Source of the DNA: Deltaproteobacteria bacterium
GTDB lineage: Bacteria > Myxococcota_A > Polyangia > Fen-1088
Reading direction: 5' to 3'
DNA: 64,000 nucleotides
NCBI GenBank assembly: GCA_033763315.1
Contig: JANRKS010000023.1
Coordinates: 1 to 64,000, forward strand
Positions 1 through 8,060 of the stretch are shown here, piece by piece. Under the pieces are notes generated by a model. It did no database searches, was not told the origin of the DNA, and worked only from the letters and a program-made list of their open reading frames with translations. Each line of letters begins with the position of its first letter. Positions within the stretch are counted from its first letter, which is position 1. The translations under genes were made by a program, and so were the position numbers.

Positions 1-151
1 GGAAACAGCGCTCGGCCATTTCCAAGAACAAACAAAAGCTCCGCACGCGTTTCAGGTCGTTGTTGACCTTCCGTATGTGGCTGCGGATTGCTTCCAAAAA
101 TTCACGCCCACAGTCGTGCCAGCGCGCACATTTTTGTCGCACCTGGTGTGA
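1..151 (+). CDS. C-terminal end of a gene entering from the left; resembles the C-terminus of AAA_14/DUF4143 ATPases
   Basis: Frame 2 reads ETALGHFQEQTKAPHAFQVVVDLPYVAADCFQKFTPTVVPARTFLSHLV* (TGA 149-151). Not in the ORF track. Family assignment is from recalled similarity only. Confidence 0.55.
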   Translation, partial: ETALGHFQEQTKAPHAFQVVVDLPYVAADCFQKFTPTVVPARTFLSHLV

Positions 152-172
152 CCGGCGGCTTGGCGCGGGGGC

Positions 173-255
173 GGCCTGCGGGTATCTGGTTTTTGACGGT
201 AATTTCGTTTGGTGCACTCACATGTGCTTGAGAAACTGCTTCACTGGGAACGAAC
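173..255. repeat. Direct repeat, copy 1 (83 bp)
   Basis: ggcctgcgggtatctggt...ttcactgggaacgaac recurs at 3188-3266 with one substitution and a 4-bp deletion. Confidence 0.95.
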
Positions 256-263
256 TCAAGCAC

Positions 264-350
264 CAACATCTTCTTCAGCCTGGCGTTCTCGCCCTCAAGG
301 CGCCGCAGACGTTTGGCATCAGGCACATCCATGCCGCCAAACTTTGTGCG
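264..350 (-). pseudogene. Fragment of an IS3-family transposase OrfA
   Basis: RTKFGGMDVPDAKRLRRLEGENARLKKML aligns by eye with RKRFGTMEVADAKRLKVLEAENARLKRIV of the intact OrfA at 2505-2768, but comes from a different element. Confidence 0.85.
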
Positions 351-386
351 GGTGAGGTTCAGGCCAAACGCGGCCTTCTTCTGCTT

Positions 387-491
387 CTAGTAGCGGGTTC
401 CATCCGCATCATACAGATACGTCGTTGTGCTCGACGACGTGACGATCTTCTCGGGCAGATCATTTGCGTTGTAGGTCACGATTTGACTCAT
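387..491 (-). pseudogene. RHS/YD-repeat protein remnant
   Basis: MSQIVTYNANDLPEKIVTSSSTTTYLYDADGTRY* has the YD-repeat pattern (TY..., YLYDADG.R); truncated on both sides. Confidence 0.75.
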
Positions 492-508
492 CGCTGACTG
501 ACCCATGC

Positions 509-889
509 TCAATCTATCAGCCAGGCCATAGAGTTCATCAACACCCAGAGGCAGCCGAAGCACCAAGCCCCCCCCAATACGCCGGCAGCCGTATGTCGCA
601 TCCGTGCAAAATGAATACTTCGCCCAATTCCTACGAGTGGCCAGCCTACACTGACGATAAGCAGAATCCACTGCGGAATGAAGACCAGGAAGAGACCCTT
701 CGCTGAGCCCCACCAAATCCCGTGTTGTTTACCCATGGCGTTCCAATCGGCATCGGAAGGCAGAGCTCCAACAGCCCTCATCACCAGATATAGAAACAAT
801 GGGGTGGATACAACGGCGGTTGATACTACAAACATTATGACGTCAAACTTGTCCGCGGTACGCCCGTGAATAGACGGCGTGTTACTCAT
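509..889 (-). CDS. Small membrane protein (about 3 TM segments), candidate orphan immunity protein
   Basis: 126 aa from ATG 889 with three hydrophobic stretches; adjacent to an RHS remnant; lower GC than the core genes. Confidence 0.6.
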   Translation of the reverse strand: MSNTPSIHGRTADKFDVIMFVVSTAVVSTPLFLYLVMRAVGALPSDADWNAMGKQHGIWWGSAKGLFLVFIPQWILLIVSVGWPLVGIGRSIHFARMRHTAAGVLGGAWCFGCLWVLMNSMAWLID

Positions 890-1022
890 CTTTTGTAAAG
901 GCGAAGTCAATGCCCCCCGACCCAGCGTTGAGGTTACCGCCAATCCGAGGTGGGGTTTCCGTAAGACCACACGAGGATGAAGTCGTGACAACAACAAAGA
1001 TGAACATTCCGATAACCTTCAT
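882..1022 (-). CDS. 46-aa ORF with a lipoprotein-like N-terminus, possibly a chimeric remnant
   Basis: MKVIGMFIFVVVTTSSSCGLTETPPRIGGNLNAGSGGIDFAFTKDE*; AGGGA upstream; overlaps the next gene by 8 nt. Below the ORF-track cutoff. Confidence 0.35.
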   Translation of the reverse strand: MKVIGMFIFVVVTTSSSCGLTETPPRIGGNLNAGSGGIDFAFTKDE

Positions 1023-1064
1023 GAAAGTTCCCTATCAAACGCGTTTCAGTGGAAACGTATCGCC

Positions 1065-1100
1065 GATACCGTTCGTTTGCGGTGATTTCACCTTGGTCCG
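1065..1100 (-). pseudogene. Micro-fragment of an IS481-like transposase
   Basis: Translates to RTKVKSPQTNGI, the motif that precedes the catalytic Glu (xERF) in IS481-family transposases; only 12 codons long. Confidence 0.5.
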
Positions 1101-1656
1101 GGGCTGGTGGGCATGCTGAAGAACAAGATGATCTCGACTACGTGGGTGATCGCAGCTTTGCAGTTTGCGGCGCCCTCAGTCACATTTGCTAGTTGCGTTG
1201 CTTCCAACAAGGGCAAGCAAAATGAAAGTCCAGACCGCGATATTGTCGAACCCTATTTCAACGAATTTCCTCATATTAAGGTAGACGAAAAATGCATCGG
1301 CGGCAGTGTTGCCGATGATTCCGATACTTCGTTGACCGACGAAGAGCGACGACTAAATCGATCAGCGGCGGAACGGTTGCTCATCAGGCTCAAAAACACC
1401 CAGAGCCCTGTTCTTCATGTTCGGCAAGCTCTCTCATCGAACCTGCCCCTTGTCGAACGTCTAGGACTGGAACAGCAGCCAAACGGTGTCAGGGAGAAGG
1501 AGTTGCCGCCAAATCGCGTGGAACTTATTGTCGTCGACACTAAGGAGAAGTGGACATGTAAAACCGCAGAAGGCGAAACGATCACATTCTTGACCATCAT
1601 CGCAGGTTGGTCAGTTCGTGGGCCTGACCTGCCTGGTTTCTTAGGACCACTCATTC

Positions 1657-2511
1657 TTAGAGAAACGCGCCCATGGGCTGTTTGTGGTTGGTGATGTTTT
1701 TCGCTTTGAATTCGTGAGGTGTCAAATAGCCGAGGCTGGAATGGGGACGTACCTCGTTGTAGTGGCGTCGCCAGGATTCAATAACGGCCACAGCTTCGCG
1801 ACGCGTCCGAAACCATTCCATGTTGAGGCATTCGTCACGAAAGCGCCCGTTGAAGCTCTCGTCCGTCCCATTCTGCCAAGGCTTTCCAGGCGCGATGTGC
1901 GCTGTCTTGATGTTTGCATCGGTGAGCCAACGAAGCACTGCCGTTGACACGAATTCGGGGCCATTGTCAGACCTTATGTAATTGGGTGCCCCGTGAAGGC
2001 TGATAAGCTTTGTCAGCACTTCGATCACTCGGTTAGAGCGAATGCTACCTGCCACGTCGATAGCAAGCGACTCGCGTGTCCACTCGTCGATGACCGTCAG
2101 ACATTTAAGTTGCTGGTTGTTGGCGCACGAATCAAACACAAAGTCGTACGCCCACACTTGATTCACTGCAGTTGTTGGCAATGGCCGTGGCCTGCTGGTC
2201 GCCGCGCGCTTTTTGGTCCTTTTCCGTGGAATCTGCAGTTTGGCGAGGCGCCACAATCGATAGGTTCGCTCAATGCTCATCCGGTGACCATCGCGTCCCA
2301 AGAAAATCCTGATCCGCCTATAGCCGTATCGGGGATACTGCGCCGCAAGCTCGCGCATCCGCCGCATCGGTGCCTCGTCCTTCTGAGGCATCTTTGCTTC
2401 ATAGCCTATCGCCGACCGTGCAACACGGAAGAGCGCGCATGCCCGCCTGCAAGACAAGCCACGCTTTTGAGCGTAGCGAACTTGCTGCCGCCTAACATGC
2501 GCGCTTACCAT
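1657..2511 (-). CDS. IS3-family transposase OrfB (DDE integrase core)
   Basis: YGYRRI, WAYDFVFD, RSDNGPEF, NGTDESFNGRFRDECL and YNEVRPHSSLGY motifs. Confidence 0.97.
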   Translation of the reverse strand: MVSAHVRRQQVRYAQKRGLSCRRACALFRVARSAIGYEAKMPQKDEAPMRRMRELAAQYPRYGYRRIRIFLGRDGHRMSIERTYRLWRLAKLQIPRKRTKKRAATSRPRPLPTTAVNQVWAYDFVFDSCANNQQLKCLTVIDEWTRESLAIDVAGSIRSNRVIEVLTKLISLHGAPNYIRSDNGPEFVSTAVLRWLTDANIKTAHIAPGKPWQNGTDESFNGRFRDECLNMEWFRTRREAVAVIESWRRHYNEVRPHSSLGYLTPHEFKAKNITNHKQPMGAFL

Positions 2512-2768
2512 TTTTTTGCGGCCACCTCCTTCATCACCTCAATCTCGAGGTCCCGATCAGCGACGATGCGCTTGAGCCTGGCGTTCTCCGCCTCAAGCAC
2601 CTTGAGTCGCTTCGCATCCGCCACTTCCATGGTGCCAAAGCGCTTGCGCCAAGCGTACAGCGTGGCCTCGCTGACGCCGTGCTTCTTCGCAACCTCGCCG
2701 ACCGATGAACGGTCAGCGTCCCTTAGAATCTTGACCATTTGCTCGTCTGTATATCTGCTCTTCCTCAT
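2505..2768 (-). CDS. IS3-family transposase OrfA (HTH), fused to OrfB by a -1 frameshift
   Basis: MRKSRYTDEQMVKILR...HGVSEATLYAWRKRFG; an A7 slippery run (T7 at 2511-2517 on +) lies at the orfA/orfB overlap. Confidence 0.95.
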   Translation of the reverse strand: MRKSRYTDEQMVKILRDADRSSVGEVAKKHGVSEATLYAWRKRFGTMEVADAKRLKVLEAENARLKRIVADRDLEIEVMKEVAAKKW

Positions 2769-2966
2769 GGCTCCTCCGGGGCTCAGAGGCGCATTCTCTC
2801 AGATTTCCAGCGGTCCGAAATTCACCAGGCAGGTCAGGCCCAGCAGCGCCAAACGCTGGCCAAATGCGAGACTGTGGTATTTCACCTTCGCTGTCCGCGT
2901 TGATGGCAGTGACACCATCTTTTACCCTGAATACAGGTATAATCCGACCTAACTGCGAATATGGTC

Positions 2967-3212
2967 TTAAATGCTCCGCCAAGCACAGTGACGTCGCGAT
3001 TGCCCGAGGTCACATCGCCTGCCACTGATGTTGGTCACAATCCGGCCAAAGGTGTTAGTGGCCCAATTGAGAGCGTATCGAAAATCCAGATTGGCATCGT
3101 ATGAAAAACGGGCGATGGCCACGGTGCCATCTTGGGCGGCAACGGTGGCAACTTCACCGGCCGCGTCCGCCGTCAGCGTCGAGGCCGGGCCTGCGGGTAT
3201 CTGGTTCTTGAC
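2967..3212 (-). pseudogene. Probable RHS/YD-repeat gene remnant
   Basis: Startless frame VKNQIPAGPASTLTADAAGEVATVAAQDGTVAIARFSYDANLDFRY... has degenerate YD-repeat features and overlaps repeat copy 2. Confidence 0.5.
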
Positions 3213-3266
3213 GTTTCGTTTGGTGCACTCACATGTGCTTGAGAAACTGCTTCACTGGGAACGAAC
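3188..3266. repeat. Direct repeat, copy 2 (79 bp)
   Basis: Matches 173-255 except for ttcttg versus tttttg and loss of gtaa. Confidence 0.95.
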
Positions 3267-3280
3267 CAGGTGTCGGAACG

Positions 3281-3701
3281 ATGTACTCGAAGAAGCTTGG
3301 CCGGGGCGTCTTGTTACTTAGTTTTTCATTGCGCTGTTCTGAGTTGCAAGGGGGGCGATGACCAGGGGAGGGGACCCGTTGCAGCTCGGTCGATCGAGTG
3401 CGCTCCCTCGGCAGAGGAGTTTTGGCCGCCTCTGAGTACTAGTTGGGCTCAGCCAATTGAGGTCAACGGACGCATGGTCCTACGAGTCAGTGTCCACGAA
3501 AAGCTTGTGATGTACACGTGCGGATTACGAACGGGCGACATCATCGAGAAGCTGAACGGGGTGCCCATCGACAAACTTCAGTCGAAGGATGCTGTAGGTC
3601 GCGTATGGCGAATCACTGTCAGGAGGGAAACTGAGCAATTCGACCTGGTGTTGCGGCGGCCGCGGCCGGAATCTGCCGATCCAACGGCGCGTGATCAATG
3701 A
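3281..3701 (+). CDS. PDZ-domain protein, probable lipoprotein, possibly frameshifted near the 5' end
   Basis: GLRTGDIIEKLNGVPI...ITVRR is PDZ-like; lipobox VLSC; ATG 3281 is one base out of frame with the body across the T5 run at 3322-3326. Confidence 0.6.
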
Positions 3702-3787
3702 ACTTCCAAGTCGTAGTTTACATAATATCTGTTATCGGACATTCGGCCGGGGCCCGCCAGAACACCCAAACCGCATCGTATCGAGCC

Positions 3788-4348
3788 TTAGGCCTCACGG
3801 GCCGCGTCATAGACGTCGTCCACGGAGAGCTCCGCGCCAACGGCGTCGAGATGGAACTTAGTGCCTGCCACAAACGTTTGTGCTTCCCAAACCCCTGACG
3901 GACGCGTCCACACTTCGACGTGCGGCTTCCGGTGATCGACCAGCACAATCGCCTTGAGGGATGGGATCAGTTTGTAGTGCTCAAGCTTGTCACCGCGGTC
4001 GTAGTCTTCGGTTGCGTTGCTCAAGATCTCGACGACCACCGTTGGATTGGTGACGTGTGTTGGGCTGCTTGGGTCGCGCTCTGACGGACCACAGATCACT
4101 GTGACATCCGGATACGTGGCAAGACCCGTCGCAAGAACTCGAACTCTCAGATCGGAGCTGTAAACCCGACAGCCCTGCATTTGCGATCCCAATCGCGACG
4201 TGATGAACGCCGCCATGGCCGCATGCTCCGGTGTGCCCCCCGCCATCGCAAAGATCGAACCATCCAGAAACTCGTGCTTTGTGTCGGAGCTTTCCTCCAA
4301 CTCCACGTATTCCTGGAACGTGTAGCGATGATGCGCGATCTGGTGCAT
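3788..4348 (-). CDS. Uma2/DUF820-family PD-(D/E)XK endonuclease-like protein
   Basis: KHEFLDGSIFAMAGGTPEH, YPDVTVIC, NPTVVVEILS and DRGDKLEHY motifs. Confidence 0.93.
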   Translation of the reverse strand: MHQIAHHRYTFQEYVELEESSDTKHEFLDGSIFAMAGGTPEHAAMAAFITSRLGSQMQGCRVYSSDLRVRVLATGLATYPDVTVICGPSERDPSSPTHVTNPTVVVEILSNATEDYDRGDKLEHYKLIPSLKAIVLVDHRKPHVEVWTRPSGVWEAQTFVAGTKFHLDAVGAELSVDDVYDAAREA

Positions 4349-4405
4349 GAACCGCAATCTTATCGCGGATCCCGTGCCTGGGCACGTCCGCTTGCGGCGA
4401 CGACG

Positions 4406-5020
4406 TTACCCCTCGAGGCTCGCTTCCTTCTCGCGGCGTAGATCCTTGAGCGCGGCGATGGCTTTGGTTTGTTCGCTGTTGGGAGATCCCGCCTCTAACG
4501 CGGCGATGGCTTCGCCCAGCACGCGCACCTCATCGTCCGTGCGGCGGCGTATCGCTTCATGCATATCGCGAAACTGCGTGTAGAAACCTTGCAGTTCGTC
4601 GCCCTTGCGCAGACCGCGCAATGAAGGTCCCAATCGGTTGTCGCGCACGCGCGAGAAGATGGCCGCGATGTTGTAAAGCGGTCCCGCGATCCGGTGCGTG
4701 ATCAAGATGCCCACGCCTGAAACCGAAGCCACCAGAATCACCCCAAAGCCAATGATGCCCCAAAGCACCATCTTGTCTTTGCTCGCGAACTCTCCCTGTA
4801 AAGCCTCAGCGCTTACCGGATCCACAAGCCCCGTCATCGAGATGATGCGCGAGGTATCAAGCGTTGCTTGATAGATCATGTAACCGAGGCCCGCCGTAAG
4901 GCAGGCGGCCACAACCACGATCGCTCCCGTGTATCGAAGCTGTAGCCCCGCGTCCAGAAGGTAATTCCGGAGTCGTCGTTTGTATCGCATTGTGTTTTCG
5001 CCAGGCGCTTCCATGCTCAC
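4406..5020 (-). CDS. Two-TM membrane protein with a HAMP-like domain and no output domain
   Basis: KRRLRNYLLD N-terminus, two TM helices, THRIAGPLY...LRKGDEL; GAGG RBS before the GTG start. Confidence 0.8.
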   Translation of the reverse strand: MSMEAPGENTMRYKRRLRNYLLDAGLQLRYTGAIVVVAACLTAGLGYMIYQATLDTSRIISMTGLVDPVSAEALQGEFASKDKMVLWGIIGFGVILVASVSGVGILITHRIAGPLYNIAAIFSRVRDNRLGPSLRGLRKGDELQGFYTQFRDMHEAIRRRTDDEVRVLGEAIAALEAGSPNSEQTKAIAALKDLRREKEASLEG

Positions 5021-5030
5021 GGTCCTCTCT

Positions 5031-5879
5031 TTAGCCCCCTTGGGACTGGAAGAATCGCTTCAGATCGTCTCCCAATTGCCCGGCGGAGGCCTCTAAACAG
5101 TCTCGCCGCGCACTCTCTTTATCCTGTGGTCGCGAACCGCCCTGCACCGCTGCCCCCGCGCTGGTCCACATGATGATGCTCTTTGACGGCCACCTTGCGA
5201 CCATCACCTTCACGTCACAATTCACCTCGACGGCGCCACCCACCATCGACTCATCAAGCTGAGTGACGTTGCCATCAATCAGAAAGCCCATTCGCCCATT
5301 CTTGACGAAGCTTGCCTTCTCCTCAGGAGAAAGCGAAAAAGTTACACCTTTCAGGCTGCCAAGCTTCTGCTGCAGTGCCGTGCGCAGCACCTCCAACACG
5401 CCACTGGTCGCTGATTTTGAGCCGCCCGAGAAAGGTCCCATCTCGAGGTAAAGGTGCGCCTTGGGATTGCCTTCGCCGCCTTCACGGCCCAGCCCGGCCA
5501 GCGAGCGTTCAAGCTGTGACCGCACGAACTTATCTTTCTCACGGCCCAAAGCCCGCTTCAGATGGTCCGCCGCTTCAGGCGCACCGATGCGCCCGAGCGC
5601 CTGCGCAGCCACAGCGCGCACGGTGTTGTTTTCGTCGCTGAGCGCCTTCGCCAACGCCGCAACCGCATTGCGATCGCCCAGCTTGCCTAACACCAATGCC
5701 GCCTGCACGCGGACTTTGTAGCTCGAATCCTCAAGCAAGATCTTCGACAGATCTTCAACTTTGCCGGCGTGAGCCACGGGCGCGGCGAAAGCCAACAACA
5801 GCCCCGCCAGAACCACCGGCACCCCACGTTTCATCACAGAGCACACAAGGTCTACCAAGAATGGCTTCCGGTTACTCAT
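5031..5879 (-). CDS. Exported HEAT-repeat protein
   Basis: Signal peptide (...AAPVAHA), repeats VRVQAALVLGKLG and VRAVAAQALGRIG; ATG 5879 overlaps the upstream stop (ATGA). Confidence 0.85.
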   Translation of the reverse strand: MSNRKPFLVDLVCSVMKRGVPVVLAGLLLAFAAPVAHAGKVEDLSKILLEDSSYKVRVQAALVLGKLGDRNAVAALAKALSDENNTVRAVAAQALGRIGAPEAADHLKRALGREKDKFVRSQLERSLAGLGREGGEGNPKAHLYLEMGPFSGGSKSATSGVLEVLRTALQQKLGSLKGVTFSLSPEEKASFVKNGRMGFLIDGNVTQLDESMVGGAVEVNCDVKVMVARWPSKSIIMWTSAGAAVQGGSRPQDKESARRDCLEASAGQLGDDLKRFFQSQGG

Positions 5880-7054
5880 TCGGCATCCATTCTCATCGGC
5901 ACTGCGGACTCGGGCTTCAAGGTTAAAACGAAAGCCCATGAAGAGCCGCCGGCGCCGTCCCCCGATTCAACCGTGATTTGCCCCTCGTGCATTTCGATCA
6001 CGGCCTTCGCCAACGCCAACCCCAGGCCATGGCCCACAGGTACGTGTCGGGCGGTGCGTGTGTAGGGATCGAAGATGTGTGCGCGATCTTCCGGTGACAA
6101 GGTGTCTCCGTTGCCTCTCACTGTGACGGACACGGCGTCCGCCTTGTTCTGCACCGTCACGGACACCTGGCGGTTCAGGGGCTGCCGTACGGCGTGCGAC
6201 ATCAAATTTTGCAGCGCGCGCTTGAGCAGCTCACGATCACCGCGCACGGTGGCTCTGGTTAAAGCCACGACATCAATTGTTTTGTTGGCGCTTTGGGCCC
6301 ATGGCAACAAATCATCGCGTGATTCGTGCGCCAGTTGCGCCAAAGAGACGGACGTTTCCGTCAAAAACATTCGCCCCTCTTCAAGGCGCTCGTAATCGAG
6401 CACGGTCCGCAACCCGCGCGTCAGTTGCCCACACAAGCTGCGCGTGTCTACGATGCAGTCGTCCACTTCTGTGTTGTTCGCCGAAGCGCCGAGCTGCTGC
6501 GCCAGATACTCGAAGTTGGCCTGCAAAGCCGAAACAGAGCTTTGCAAATCGTGAACAAAGCTTGAGACCCACCGGCGCTGCAGCGCGATGGCAGATCCCT
6601 GCGATTTGCGGCGGCTCTCCTCGCGTCGAACCAAAGCGTGCGTGCGCAACAAAGCCCACAGCCGCGTCCGCTGTTCATTGTCGTCGGTGGCTGACGAGAA
6701 GATGGCATCCACACCTGCGCCCATCGCACGCACCCGGTAAGATCGTTCTTCTCCAGGACCAAACAGAATCACCGGCACAAAGTGTGTGCGCGTGTTGCCC
6801 TTGAGGCGCTGGCACAACTCAATGCCTCCGGCAGGGCCAATGCCGTCCTCGATCAACACGACGGACGGCGGGTGAATCAGCGCTTCTTCGAAGGCGGTGT
6901 CGCCATCCGTGGCGACCTGAATGTTCAAGCGTTGCGAACGCAGAAAATCCACCAACTGGCGGGCAACGTTGCGATCAGCCGCAACGACCAAACCTTCCAT
7001 GTCCCCCGGCAACGCGACGACATCGCTGCGCGTGGTTCGTTCATTGGGGAGCAT
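5876..7054 (-). CDS. Receiver-HisKA-HATPase hybrid with degenerate motifs
   Basis: REC fold (GIELCQRLK...VPVIL), H box FVHDL, F box IFDPY, G2 GHGLGLALAK; N and G1 boxes are altered. Confidence 0.85.
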   Translation of the reverse strand: MLPNERTTRSDVVALPGDMEGLVVAADRNVARQLVDFLRSQRLNIQVATDGDTAFEEALIHPPSVVLIEDGIGPAGGIELCQRLKGNTRTHFVPVILFGPGEERSYRVRAMGAGVDAIFSSATDDNEQRTRLWALLRTHALVRREESRRKSQGSAIALQRRWVSSFVHDLQSSVSALQANFEYLAQQLGASANNTEVDDCIVDTRSLCGQLTRGLRTVLDYERLEEGRMFLTETSVSLAQLAHESRDDLLPWAQSANKTIDVVALTRATVRGDRELLKRALQNLMSHAVRQPLNRQVSVTVQNKADAVSVTVRGNGDTLSPEDRAHIFDPYTRTARHVPVGHGLGLALAKAVIEMHEGQITVESGDGAGGSSWAFVLTLKPESAVPMRMDAE

Positions 7055-7108
7055 TTAGAGGGCGAAGACTCCTTCCGGGCCCCACAGTAACAGCGATTTC
7101 CCTTTCTA

Positions 7109-7546
7109 TCAAACGCGTCGCGTGTTTCTGAAGGCTTGCAGGACGCCCAAAGTTGCGGCGGCTCCCAATCCCGCACCGAGGGCGTCCGCCAACAGATCGC
7201 GCAGGTCGGCCGAACGGTTCGGCACGAACAGCTGGTGAAACTCGTCCGTAGCGCCATAGAGGGTTGCGACGCCGATTGAGAACCACCAGACCCGAGCCGC
7301 TGACCACGGAAGGTTCAACCGCGCAGCCACCGCCAACAGCGCACCAAGCGTGCCGTAGATCAGGGTGTGGACCACCTTGTCCGCGTACTCGAAAGAAATT
7401 TGTGGATAGGAGGTGCCCGGGATCGAAGACGCCACAAATAGCAGAAGTGCCCATAAAATGGGACCTAGCCACCATTTGCGGGCCGCATCGGCACGAGAAT
7501 CGGCCGTATTTTTCACCTGTCTTACATGTAGGTCATTTGACTTCAT
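7109..7546 (-). CDS. VanZ-family membrane protein
   Basis: DKVVHTLIYG and YGATDEFHQLFVPNRSADLRDLLAD. Start uncertain (ATG 7546 or GTG 7516). Confidence 0.9.
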   Translation of the reverse strand: MKSNDLHVRQVKNTADSRADAARKWWLGPILWALLLFVASSIPGTSYPQISFEYADKVVHTLIYGTLGALLAVAARLNLPWSAARVWWFSIGVATLYGATDEFHQLFVPNRSADLRDLLADALGAGLGAAATLGVLQAFRNTRRV

Positions 7547-7572
7547 ATCAGCACATGTATAGGGTTGTGCGC

Positions 7573-7992
7573 ATGCCCGACAAGCCACGCGTCCTTAAAC
7601 CCCGCCAATTTCACGCCCCCCTGCCCCGGTTTCCGCCGCTTGGCGAAAAGCGCGAGCACCTGAGGTTCGATAAGGTTTTCCCCGTCAGGATCGAGTCCGT
7701 GTTGTTCGGCGAGTTTCGTTGCGTGGCTCGCAACGTCTCTGCCGGCGGCATCTTCATTGAGACCAGGGATCACCTGCCCTTGGGGGCGCAGGTCCGCGTG
7801 TGCTTCCTCACGCCCGACGAGAGCGGCGAGATTGTGGCGGTTGGGGAAGTGAAGAATCATTATTTCATCAACTTTGCTCAGGGCGGCGAAAGCAAATCCG
7901 TTTCTGGCATGGCCGTGCGGTTCTTGTCATTCGAAGACGAAGGGGAACTGCATTTGCGGGCCTGCCTCGACCGTTTCCGGGTGTTGCACTAG
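7573..7992 (+). CDS. Stand-alone PilZ-domain protein
   Basis: c-di-GMP motifs RxxxR (REHLR) and NxSxxG (NVSAGG), plus GMAVRF. Confidence 0.9.
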   Translation: MPDKPRVLKPRQFHAPLPRFPPLGEKREHLRFDKVFPVRIESVLFGEFRCVARNVSAGGIFIETRDHLPLGAQVRVCFLTPDESGEIVAVGEVKNHYFINFAQGGESKSVSGMAVRFLSFEDEGELHLRACLDRFRVLH

Positions 7993-8060
7993 GCCTCGCA
8001 CGTCGCGGATGAGATCTAGTTGTGGCGGCCCGCGACTCTGTGTAGAAGAGCCACGGACCT

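Larger units (their letters stand above)
1625..2836 (-). mobile_element. IS3-family insertion sequence (IS407-group-like), 1212 bp, apparently intact
   Basis: Terminal inverted repeats begin TGACCTGCCTGGT at both ends; GGCC duplication at 1621-1624 and 2837-2840; orfA and orfB overlap. Confidence 0.97.
1107..2952 (+). pseudogene. Secreted hypothetical protein gene interrupted by the IS3 element
   Basis: Removing the IS and one GGCC joins 1107-1624 to 2841-2952 in frame (...GWSVRGP-SSAKRWPNARLWYFTFAVRVDGSDTIFYPEYRYNPT*), giving 209 aa with an N-terminal signal-like segment. Confidence 0.8.

Noticed and set aside
102-332. 76-aa ORF on the minus strand as a real gene
   Set aside because: It is a chance fusion of the IS3 orfA fragment, the direct repeat and sequence antisense to the gene ending at 151.
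387-389. In-frame TAG in the RHS remnant as stop-codon readthrough or recoding
   Set aside because: Other genes here end normally at TAG, and the fragment is truncated on both sides, so simple decay explains it.
1993-2952. 319-aa plus-strand ORF
   Set aside because: It is mostly antisense to the transposase; only the last 37 codons belong to the interrupted gene.
150-3790. Prophage, integrative element or integron interpretation of the accessory patch
   Set aside because: No integrase, tRNA, phage gene or attC-like repeat is visible in the window.
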